A stretch of 32,000 nt of DNA. Origin: Candidatus Saganbacteria bacterium. Its GTDB lineage: Bacteria > Margulisbacteria > WOR-1 > JAKLHX01. The notes under the pieces were generated by a model that saw only the letters and a list, made by a program, of their open reading frames with translations, searched no databases and was not told where the DNA came from. The DNA is taken from contig JAPLKZ010000010.1 of the NCBI GenBank assembly GCA_026387835.1, positions 266,379 to 298,378 on the forward strand. The letters are read 5' to 3'. The translations under genes and the position numbers were made by a program. Below, in pieces: positions 17,089 to 25,447 of this stretch; the first letter of the stretch is position 1; every line of letters begins with the position of its first letter.

Positions 17089-19221
17089 TTATGGGGCCTG
17101 CAAACGGTTTACTGGCGCGTACTTTAACATCAGTGATTTTGTGCCGAAGTTAGAGAATACGACGTCTATGACCGTATCTTCGCCGTCGCCATCTATCTTT
17201 ATGACCTCACCCGTCCCCCACTTCGGATGATTTACCGCGTCTCCTACAGAGTAGATGTCGCTGCTGACCCTGATCTTGACCTGTTTTTCTCCGGGCTCTA
17301 AGTCCATCCAGCTTTTTTCGTCAAAAAGAACGGCAGGAATTTCCTCCAAAAACCTTGATGGCCCGTTACACCATGATTCACCGAAAAGCATTCTTTCCTG
17401 AGCGTGGCATAAAAAAAGCTTTTCTTTGGCGCGCGTGATCCCGACATAGCAGAGACGTCTTTCCTCTTCAAGCTCTTTAGGCTCGAACATCGCCCTGTAA
17501 TGAGGGAATATGCCTTCTTCCATTCCCGCGATGAAAACTATCGGGAACTCCAAACCTTTTGCGCTGTGCAGCGTCATCATCAAAACGGAAGGCTTATCTC
17601 CGTCAGCTGTGTCCTGGTCCGTTACAAGTGACATCTGTGTCAGGAACGCACCGAGAGAAGGATCGTCGCTGATATCTTCAAAATCAAGAGCGACCGTTAA
17701 GAATTCTCTTAAGTTTTCAGCTCTTGAAAGTGCTTCGGCCGTCTGTTCTTCTTCAATATCCTTTATCATATCAGTATCTTCATAGATCTTGGCTATCAAC
17801 TGGGAAGCGGGCTGTTCCGCGGAAAGATCTCTGAAGACCTTTATTTTTTTATCCAGAGCCGCCAGTTGTTGTTTTGCATTACGAGAGATCTGAAGGACGT
17901 CGCATTTTTCTATCATTTCCGCTAATGGTATCTTTCTTGCATTAGCTTCATTTTCGATCTTAGAGATTGTCACCTTCCCCACCCCTTCCAGCATGAAAGA
18001 CAGGACCCGCAGGCAATTGATGTTGTCCGAGGGGTTATAGATCATTTTCAAAAGCGAAAGAATGTCTTTTATCTCTTTTCTCTCGTAAAACCTGAAACCT
18101 CCGATCATCCTGTAAGGGATCCCAGACTGCAAAAAGGCTTCCTCGATCACCCTTGACTGCGCGTTAGTCCTGTAAAGGACGGCGATCCTTGAAAAATCCC
18201 CTTTTGCAAAACGCCTGGCGTTGTCGGCAATGAACAGGGCTTCGTCTTTTTCGTCTTTCGCGAGATATCCGGCCACTGCATCTCCTTTTGCGTTCTTTGT
18301 CCAGAGAGTTTTCGGTTTTCTCATCGCGTTTTTGGCGATAACAGCATTCGCCGCGTCAAGGATGTTCTGCGTAGAGCGGTAATTTTCCTCGAGTTTGAAT
18401 ACTTTCGCATCTTTATAGTCCTTTTCAAAATCGAGGATATTGGCTATATCGGCGCCCCTGAACCCGTATATGCTCTGGTCGTCGTCACCGACCACGCAGA
18501 TGTTCTTGTGCCCGCCGGCCAGGAGCTTCGTGATCATGTACTGGGCGCGGTTGGTATCCTGGTACTCGTCCACATTTATATAGAGGAACCGTTCCTGGTA
18601 ATATTTCCTTACGCTCTCGTGTTTTTCAAGCAGCTCCACCGCGTACATCAGCATATCGTCAAAATCTAGGGCGTTGTTCTTGTTCAGTTTTTCCTGGTAA
18701 AGCCTGTAGCAGATCGAGACTTTTTCCTGCCATATATCCGATGCTCTTGCCATGTACTGCGCGTCGTTCACCAGGTCGTTTTTTGCTTTGCTTATAGATT
18801 CTAGCATCGCCGCGGGCTTGTACCGTTTTTCGTCCAGGTCCGCTTCCTTAAGCACCTGCTTCATCAGGATCTTCTGGTCGTTCTCGTCAAAGATAACATA
18901 GTTCTTTTCCCGTCCCAGTTTTTCAATGTCCCGCCGCAGTATCCTCCCGCAAATGGAATGGAAAGTGCCCACCCACATGTCTTTTGCCAGAATACCTACG
19001 AGATGTTTTAAGCGGTGTTTCATTTCATTAGCCGCCTTGTTCGTAAAAGTGACGGCCATTATCCTGTGGGGAGAGATGTTTTTTCCTTTTACAAGATAGG
19101 CGATCCTGTGGGTGAGCACCCTGGTCTTGCCTGAGCCGGCTCCGGCAATTATCAGCACCGGGCTTTCTGTGCAAAGAACGGCCTCTTTTTGTCTCTCGTT
19201 CAGGGATTTTAGGATAGCCAT
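17089..19221 (-). CDS. pcrA: UvrD/PcrA/Rep-family DNA helicase
   Basis: [95 protein letters not shown]. Confidence 0.96.
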   Translation of the reverse strand: [710 protein letters not shown]

Positions 19222-19231
19222 CGGGATATAA

Positions 19232-19249
19232 ATTATAACATGCTATAAT
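19232..19249. promoter_or_regulatory. Divergent promoter core with back-to-back -10 boxes, ATTATA-aCATGc-TATAAT
   Basis: TATAAT at 19244-19249 is 6 nt before the galT ATG. The minus-strand TATAAT (19237..19232) is 10 nt before the pcrA ATG. No SD on either side. Confidence 0.6.
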
Positions 19250-19255
19250 TTTGGC

Positions 19256-20263
19256 ATGTCACAGCTCCGGCAGAATCCCGCTACCAAAGAATGGGTCATA
19301 ATCGCTAAAGAAAGGGCTAAAAGGCCGGAAGATTTTGCGTTGGCAAAGATCCCTGAGCAGCTGCCCGAATATGACAGTAAATGTCCCTTTTGCCCTGGCA
19401 ACGAATCGCAGACACCGAAAGAAATATTTGAATACAGGCCCTCCGGCACGAAACCGGGCTCAAAAGGCTGGCGGCTGAGGGCCATCCCGAATAAATTTGC
19501 CGCGCTTGAAGACAAGGCCGGCGAGGTCCCGGACAGGAAAAAAGAAAATGACTTTTTCAGATACATGGACGGACTTGGAGTACACGAGGTCATAATCGAA
19601 TCGCCCAGGCACGATCTGCACCTTGCGATAATGGAACAGAAGCATGTCGAGGAGATCTTTCTCGCGTACAGGCAAAGATATATCGAACTGAGCAAAGACA
19701 CACGGTTCGAGATCATCAAGATATTTAAGAACCACGGCAAAGGCGCGGGAACATCTCTCCAGCATCCTCATTCCCAGATAATAGCGGCGCCGGTCACGCC
19801 GACGCATATCAGGAGCAGGCTTGATGAAGCCATGAGATACTACGATGACGAGGGAAAATGCGTGTTTTGCGAGATGATAGAAAAGGAAAAAGAAGCCGGG
19901 TCCAGGATCGTCATGGAGACAGATAATTTCATCTGCTTTGAGCCGTTCGCTTCAAGGTCCCCTTTTGAGACATACATACTTCCTAAAGAACATCAGGATT
20001 CTTTCGGCATGATAAGCGAGGAACTGACAAAAGAGTTCGCCTATATCACCAAGAGCATGCTGGTAAAAATAAACAAGTCGCTGAACAATCCCGATTACAA
20101 TTACATGATAAGCTCTACCCCGCCGCATGATTCAAGCGAAGAATATTATCACTGGCATCTCCGGATAGACCCGAGGGTCACTTCTGTCGCCGGGTTCGAG
20201 ATCGGATCGGGAATTTACATCAACACTGTGATCCCGGAAGACCTCCGCAATACCCCTTTATGA
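19256..20263 (+). CDS. galT: Galactose-1-phosphate uridylyltransferase (HIT superfamily)
   Basis: RQNPATKEWVIIAKERAKRP, CPFCPGNE, FKNHGKGAGTSLQHPHSQIIAAP, YYHWHLRIDPR. Confidence 0.93.
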   Translation: MSQLRQNPATKEWVIIAKERAKRPEDFALAKIPEQLPEYDSKCPFCPGNESQTPKEIFEYRPSGTKPGSKGWRLRAIPNKFAALEDKAGEVPDRKKENDFFRYMDGLGVHEVIIESPRHDLHLAIMEQKHVEEIFLAYRQRYIELSKDTRFEIIKIFKNHGKGAGTSLQHPHSQIIAAPVTPTHIRSRLDEAMRYYDDEGKCVFCEMIEKEKEAGSRIVMETDNFICFEPFASRSPFETYILPKEHQDSFGMISEELTKEFAYITKSMLVKINKSLNNPDYNYMISSTPPHDSSEEYYHWHLRIDPRVTSVAGFEIGSGIYINTVIPEDLRNTPL

Positions 20264-21027
20264 AAAAACGCCTTGATCAGGTCCTTGCAGAGAAAGGTTT
20301 GTTTGAAAGCCGGACAAAAGCGCAGGCCGCCATCCTCGCAGGAACTATCCTTGTAAATGAACAGAAGATAGATAAAAGCGGCACCCTTGTCGATGAAGAC
20401 AGCGAGATCCGCATCCTCGGCGAAAAAATGAAATATGTCAGCCGCGGCGGGCTGAAACTTGAAAAAGCGCTCGATGATTTTAAAGCCGATCCTTCCGGAA
20501 AGATCTGTATCGACATCGGCGCATCTACCGGCGGTTTTACCGACTGCCTTCTTCAGAAAGGAGCGGCAAAAGTCTACGCCGTGGATGTCGGCTACGGCCA
20601 GATGCATCTTAAAGTAAGGAACGACAAAAGGGTCGTTGTGATAGAAAGGAACAACGCCAGATATTTGACCCCGGAGGTTCTTTACGGGATAGACTTTGAA
20701 ACCGGGAATTTTGCGTCTTTTTTTGTCATGGATGTCTCGTTCATTTCAATACTGAAAATCCTCCCGGCTCTTTATAAACTTCTGTCCGAAAACGGTGAAG
20801 TGGTCTCTTTGATAAAGCCGCAGTTCGAGGTCGGCAGGAAATCCGTCTCAAAGGGCGGCATAGTCAGGGATAAAAAGGCGGTCAAAGAGATGCTCGAAAA
20901 TATTAAAAGGGAAGCTGAAAATTCAGGGTTTAAAGTAATGGGGACTATCGAATCCCCGATAACCGGAGCGGACGGAAATGTCGAATATTTTATTCACCTG
21001 AAGAAAAACAATACTGCTCTATCTTAA
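20260..21027 (+). CDS. tlyA: TlyA-family rRNA 2'-O-methyltransferase (S4 domain plus FtsJ-like)
   Basis: KKRLDQVLAEKGLFESRTKAQAAILAGTILVNEQ, YVSRGGLKLEKAL, CIDIGASTGGFTDCLLQKGAAKVYAVDVGYGQ. Overlaps the galT 3' end. Confidence 0.95.
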   Translation: MKKRLDQVLAEKGLFESRTKAQAAILAGTILVNEQKIDKSGTLVDEDSEIRILGEKMKYVSRGGLKLEKALDDFKADPSGKICIDIGASTGGFTDCLLQKGAAKVYAVDVGYGQMHLKVRNDKRVVVIERNNARYLTPEVLYGIDFETGNFASFFVMDVSFISILKILPALYKLLSENGEVVSLIKPQFEVGRKSVSKGGIVRDKKAVKEMLENIKREAENSGFKVMGTIESPITGADGNVEYFIHLKKNNTALS

Positions 21028-21072
21028 AGCTAAGCAGTCCTCCAACTAAATAACACCTCTTTCTTTATTATT

Positions 21073-22557
21073 CTACACGAGGTGTCCATTAAATCGGGGA
21101 AGGTCAAATTGAGACTCATATCCGTGTTTTATTTCTTGATAGATATCTCTATTCATCGGATTTGGACTGAATGTTTTTCCCCATGTGATCATATGTTTAG
21201 CTGCGGTTTTGAAGTCCGGGTAAAACCCGAGCCCGACAGCAGCGATCATAGCAGCCCCGAGAGCAGAAGCTTCAGTCTCGGCATTGAGAGTCACCGGCAC
21301 ACAGAGCGCGTCCGCGAATATCTGCGGCCAGGTTCCCGTATTATCGCGCGCTCCTCCTCCCGCAAGATTGGCCCTTGTTATCAGCGTGCCGAAATCACGC
21401 ATTCTGTCAGCGCACATTACCATTTCAATTGCGACCGCTTCCATGAAAGCCCTGGCAATATGGGGCCTGCCATGAGTTGACTTCAGCCCGGTTATCTGAC
21501 CGGCCAGACCTGGGTCCCTAAGCGGATGGTTTGCACCGGACAACCACGGGAATACCCTAACGCCTTCTGAGCCAGGACCGACTTTTAAGGCCGCTTGAGT
21601 AAGTTCATCCGGATCTAATCCGGTAATCTTTGATAACCAGTCAAATGCGCCGCCTGACGACATGCAGCACGCCATCAGCCAGTCTCCAAAAAAGTGGATC
21701 AGACCTTCCGGATCGCGTTTGCGCTCAGATGTAAATGCGGTCGTCACTCCCGATGTCCCAAGGTTAAAGCCCGCAACCCCGGCCTCAACTACCCCGAGTC
21801 CGATCCTCGCGCACTGCTGGTCCCCTCCTCCCGCAAAAACAGGGGTTCCCTCTAGCAATCCGGTCAGTTGAGCTGCTTCTTTGATTATTCGGCCAACCAT
21901 ATTAGTAGAATTGACTAACAGGGCAAATTTATTGGCCATACCCAGTGCTTTAAATAACCCGTCCGCATATTTCCCGTCAACTCCTATCGCTCCGATCATG
22001 TCGGACCTTTCCTGTCTTAATTCCCCTGTCAGATGATAATTCCACCAGTCTTTTGGTGTAACTACATATTTTGTCGCATCCCAAATATCCGGTTGTACTT
22101 TCATCCTGTGAAGCGCTTTGATGATCGTCCACCTTACTGCCGGTTGATTTCCGGTCAACTCGACAAAAAGATCCTTCGGAACACTTTCATATTGTGGCGC
22201 AGACCTGGGGCAATCCCACATCGATGCAGGGACTATCGGCACCAACTTGCCTCCCGCACCACTCCCGAGCAGAACATCACCGTGCATCCAGCCTGAGGTC
22301 GAGACTGCCAGTACTTCTTTTGGATCAATGTTTGTTGTAATGCGTTCTTTTATCGCCTTGCATCCCGCATCTGCAAGCTTGACCATATCCTGTTCTTTAA
22401 ATCCGCTTGGAAGAGTCTTATAACTACAGGGCCATGCATCTGTTGTATGGCATTTATAGCTTTGTCCGGGAGTGGTACTTACCCTGATCGGTAAAACTCT
22501 TACTCCATGGGTACCGAAATCTACGCCAAGAATAACTCCGCTTTTTTGGACCGGCAT
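21073..22557 (-). CDS. FGGY-family carbohydrate kinase (xylulokinase-like)
   Basis: ILGVDFGTHGVRVLPI, VSTSGWMHGDVLL, GGGDQQCARIGLG, GAFDWLSK, ANLAGGGARDNTGTWPQIFADALCVPV. ATG 22557 preceded by AGGAGGAAGAACATC; the track start at 22596 is upstream of this SD. Confidence 0.85.
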   Translation of the reverse strand: MPVQKSGVILGVDFGTHGVRVLPIRVSTTPGQSYKCHTTDAWPCSYKTLPSGFKEQDMVKLADAGCKAIKERITTNIDPKEVLAVSTSGWMHGDVLLGSGAGGKLVPIVPASMWDCPRSAPQYESVPKDLFVELTGNQPAVRWTIIKALHRMKVQPDIWDATKYVVTPKDWWNYHLTGELRQERSDMIGAIGVDGKYADGLFKALGMANKFALLVNSTNMVGRIIKEAAQLTGLLEGTPVFAGGGDQQCARIGLGVVEAGVAGFNLGTSGVTTAFTSERKRDPEGLIHFFGDWLMACCMSSGGAFDWLSKITGLDPDELTQAALKVGPGSEGVRVFPWLSGANHPLRDPGLAGQITGLKSTHGRPHIARAFMEAVAIEMVMCADRMRDFGTLITRANLAGGGARDNTGTWPQIFADALCVPVTLNAETEASALGAAMIAAVGLGFYPDFKTAAKHMITWGKTFSPNPMNRDIYQEIKHGYESQFDLPRFNGHLV

Positions 22558-22600
22558 GATGTTCTTCCTCCTGTGATTTTTGATATTTTCAGCCAAATGA

Positions 22601-22631
22601 GTATCGAGAGGTTATTTTGAAAATTTCAGTG
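22601..22631 (-). promoter_or_regulatory. Putative sigma-28-type promoter P3: CACTGAAA-N15-CTCGATAC
   Basis: Shares the 16-nt block AAATTCACTGAAATTT with P2 and N15 spacing; 44 nt upstream of the FGGY kinase start. Confidence 0.5.
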
Positions 22632-22698
22632 AATTTATAATTCCGCCCAAAGATCATACAATTATCCTGACGGTATTTTAGAGGGGTGGCCTCAAAAG

Positions 22699-22728
22699 AA
22701 AAACCTCCAAACAGGAATGGAGGTTTTT
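22699..22728. terminator. Bidirectional intrinsic terminator
   Basis: AAAAACCTCCA-AACAGGAA-TGGAGGTTTTT, perfect 11-bp stem with T tract on both strands; just downstream of the small ORF ending at 22750. Confidence 0.85.
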
Positions 22729-22749
22729 TGCTTGAGAGAACAGCAACCG

Positions 22750-22968
22750 CTAATTCTTGCAGTTGCTCAGTTTGAGAGAACACCATTTAGCAAGATCGCC
22801 GATCATAACGAACCTGAAGGATGCTTTCAGGTCGGGCGATCCGCTTAAATGACACTGTCTGTAAAGGGTCGCTGTATAAGGTTTTGTCTCCCTTATTTCT
22901 TCGAGATAACCTTTAAAGATCATCTCGTTAAGCACTTTTAGCATTTTCGTATCGTTTAAGTTGAACAT
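22750..22968 (-). CDS. Small hypothetical protein (72 aa)
   Basis: ORF with GGAG 8 nt before ATG; 4 nt downstream of the preceding ORF's stop; followed by the terminator at 22699-22728. Confidence 0.55.
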   Translation of the reverse strand: MFNLNDTKMLKVLNEMIFKGYLEEIRETKPYTATLYRQCHLSGSPDLKASFRFVMIGDLAKWCSLKLSNCKN

Positions 22969-22972
22969 TTTG

Positions 22973-23164
22973 TTATCTCCAGTAAGAGACCGTTCTTCCG
23001 GGGGCTTGCCCCATGGAAAAACGGTTGGATATTATATTTATGAAACTTCCGGCTTCGTTCTTGATCAGTTCGGACAGGGCGGCGGAAGTGTTGCTCTTTA
23101 CATACCTCTTGCCGCTTATCTCTATCTTTTCTATTGTCGTGTTAAGTCTTTCTGCGTCTGTCAT
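22973..23164 (-). CDS. Small hypothetical protein (63 aa), first gene of a two-ORF unit
   Basis: MTDAERLNTTIEKIEIS..., ATG 23164 preceded by AAGGGGAAAGAG; the longer track start (23182) would lie next to the inferred transcription start of promoter P4. Confidence 0.55.
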   Translation of the reverse strand: MTDAERLNTTIEKIEISGKRYVKSNTSAALSELIKNEAGSFINIISNRFSMGQAPGRTVSYWR

Positions 23165-23186
23165 TGTCTCTTTCCCCTTCACTTAT

Positions 23187-23217
23187 TTATCGTCAATAAT
23201 TTCAGGAAATTTCACTC
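23187..23217 (-). promoter_or_regulatory. Putative sigma-28-type promoter P4: GAGTGAAA-N15-GACGATAA
   Basis: Near-identical to P1 through the -10, and both continue with TGAAGGG shortly downstream; immediately upstream of the 23164 start. Confidence 0.65.
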
Positions 23218-23260
23218 AAACCGGTCTTTTTTAAAGAATCTCCGGTTTTGTCCTGTTTTG

Positions 23261-23291
23261 ATATCGGCTTGAATTTTTGAATATTTCACTG
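23261..23291 (-). promoter_or_regulatory. Putative sigma-28-type promoter P5: CAGTGAAA-N15-GCCGATAT
   Basis: Perfect GCCGATAT -10 of the sigma-28/sigma-D class; tandem with P4, 74 bp upstream. Confidence 0.65.
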
Positions 23292-23315
23292 TTTTAGAAT
23301 ATACTTACATATAAT

Positions 23316-24434
23316 ATGTACGGGGTACTTGTTCTTGAGGACGGGATGTATTTTGAAGGCGAGGCTTTCGGGGCTGAGGGGGTATCTTTCGGGGAAGCCG
23401 TTTTCAATACGAGCATGACCGGATACCAGGAGATACTTACCGACCCCTCCTATAAATACCAGATAATAACGATGACCTGCCCGCTTATTGGCAACTACGG
23501 GGTCAATAAGGACGATATGGAATCCTTAAAGCCCCATTGCTCCGGTTTTGTCGTCAGGGAAAAAAGCAACATCTTCAGCAACTGGAGGGCGGAGACCGAC
23601 CTTGATTCTTTCCTGAAAAAGCACAATGTCATCGGCCTCTCCGAAATAGACACCAGGGCTTTGACAAGGCACATAAGGAGCAAAGGAGCTATGAAAGCCG
23701 TGATATCGTCATCAGAGACGGACATCAAGGATCTGCACAAAAAAGTGGCCGCTTCCGCTTCGATCGTCGGGATGGACCTTGTAAAGGATGTAAGCTGTGA
23801 AGAACCGTATTCATGGGAAAAGGGCCGCAGGGATTTTTTGACCGATCCGAAAAAGAAGAATAAAGATTCATTCAATGTTGTCGTTTTTGATTTCGGCGTG
23901 AAGTTCAATATCCTGAGAAAACTTCATTCTTTGGGGTGTAAAGTAACGGTAGTCCCCGCCGGCACAAAATCTGAAGAGATTTTTAAGTTAAAGCCGGACG
24001 GGATCCTGCTGTCAAACGGACCCGGAGATCCCAAAGCCGTGGCCTACGCGATAGAGACGGTACAAAAGCTCGTAGGCAAGTTCCCGATATTCGGTATCTG
24101 CCTCGGCCATCAGATATTATCGCTGGCGTTCGGAGGCAAGACCTATAAACTGAAATTCGGCCACAGGGGCGCCAACCACCCGGTAAAGAATCTTTTGACG
24201 GGAAGGATCGAGATCACATCCCAGAACCACGGGTTCGCGGTGGACCCCGGGTCCTTCAGGAACACGAACATCGATCTCACCCATATAAACCTGAACGACG
24301 GAACGTGCGAAGGGCTGTGCCATAAGAACCTGCCGGCTTTTTCGGTCCAGTATCACCCGGAAGCGTCCCCCGGCCCGCATGACAGCGAGTATTTGTTCAC
24401 AAAGTTCATTGACATGATGAAAAAGGGGCTGTGA
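23316..24434 (+). CDS. carA: Carbamoyl-phosphate synthase small subunit (glutaminase)
   Basis: LVLEDGMYFEGEAFG, TGYQEILTDPSY, LLSNGPGDPKA, IFGICLGHQILSLAFGG, SVQYHPEASPGPHDSEYLF. Confidence 0.96.
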   Translation: MYGVLVLEDGMYFEGEAFGAEGVSFGEAVFNTSMTGYQEILTDPSYKYQIITMTCPLIGNYGVNKDDMESLKPHCSGFVVREKSNIFSNWRAETDLDSFLKKHNVIGLSEIDTRALTRHIRSKGAMKAVISSSETDIKDLHKKVAASASIVGMDLVKDVSCEEPYSWEKGRRDFLTDPKKKNKDSFNVVVFDFGVKFNILRKLHSLGCKVTVVPAGTKSEEIFKLKPDGILLSNGPGDPKAVAYAIETVQKLVGKFPIFGICLGHQILSLAFGGKTYKLKFGHRGANHPVKNLLTGRIEITSQNHGFAVDPGSFRNTNIDLTHINLNDGTCEGLCHKNLPAFSVQYHPEASPGPHDSEYLFTKFIDMMKKGL

Positions 24435-25447
24435 TGGAAAGGATCCTTAAAAGCAAATATAAGATCCTTGAAAAGATAGCGGAGTTATCGTCCCACAACA
24501 CATACTCCGGCGCTTTTGCCGACACCGAAAAACCGCTCATAATAAAGATCTTCAACAGGGGCATATTGAACAGCACCCTTACAAAAAAACTTAAGAAAGA
24601 TGTCGTCAGGCTTACGAAGCTTGAACACCAGTTCATCCCGAGGGTCTACGACGGCGACTACGGCTGGCAAGGTTTCTATTTTGTCAGGGACTTTGTGGAG
24701 GGAAAAACGCTGGATGAGACGAAAAAACCGTTTGAGATCGAGGCCGCGTGCGAGCTTATGACAAAAGTCTGCGGACTTCTTTCTTTCGCGCATGAAAACG
24801 GCATAGCCCACGGGTCGCTTACGCCGAACAATGTCTTCATCTCAAAAAAGAACGTCTTCATATCCGATTTTGGCATAGAATCGGCCGTCAACCAGATGCT
24901 CGAGCAAAAGACCATGTCGCTTTTTTCTGAAAACGCAGCGTTCTTCGCCCCCGAAATGGTCCTTGGGGAGGAAGCTAGCATCCTTTCCGACATCTACCAG
25001 GCGGGATTATTGTTTTATCTGATACTTACCGGCAGGCTGCCTGCCGACGGGCAGAAAGGGCTTTCAAGCGCCCTGACAAGCCTTGGCGGCACAGTCCCCA
25101 CGCCTTCATCGGTGAACGGCAAGGTGCCGAGATACCTGGACGAGATCGTTCTTAAATGCCTGGAAAAAGATCCTCTTCTGCGCTTTGCCGGTGCCGCGCA
25201 GCTTTCCGAAAGCATCAACAATAAAGTATTGATGCTCCCGAAAACCGAGATCTTCGAACTGCCGGAGATCGATCTGAACATCGAAGAGGAGTCAAGAAAA
25301 GACGAGCCGGTATTAGTCGAACTGCCCAACATCGAAGAAAAAAGTGATAAAATCAATCTGTTCAGGTGGATAATGTTCGCTGTCTGGGCTGCAATAGCGG
25401 CAGGGATAATATATTCTCTGATACAGATATTTATAATAGGTGAATGA
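24434..25447 (+). CDS. Ser/Thr protein kinase-like membrane protein, probable pseudokinase (HRD replaced by HGS)
   Basis: LIIKIF (ATP Lys), AHGSLTPNNVFI instead of HRDLKPxN, SDFGIE, FFAPEMV, single C-terminal TM segment. Confidence 0.8.
   Translation: MERILKSKYKILEKIAELSSHNTYSGAFADTEKPLIIKIFNRGILNSTLTKKLKKDVVRLTKLEHQFIPRVYDGDYGWQGFYFVRDFVEGKTLDETKKPFEIEAACELMTKVCGLLSFAHENGIAHGSLTPNNVFISKKNVFISDFGIESAVNQMLEQKTMSLFSENAAFFAPEMVLGEEASILSDIYQAGLLFYLILTGRLPADGQKGLSSALTSLGGTVPTPSSVNGKVPRYLDEIVLKCLEKDPLLRFAGAAQLSESINNKVLMLPKTEIFELPEIDLNIEEESRKDEPVLVELPNIEEKSDKINLFRWIMFAVWAAIAAGIIYSLIQIFIIGE

Noticed and set aside
22589-22786. 65-aa minus-strand ORF between the FGGY kinase and the small ORFs
   Set aside because: It reads through the 11-bp-stem terminator and the P3 promoter, which explain the sequence better.
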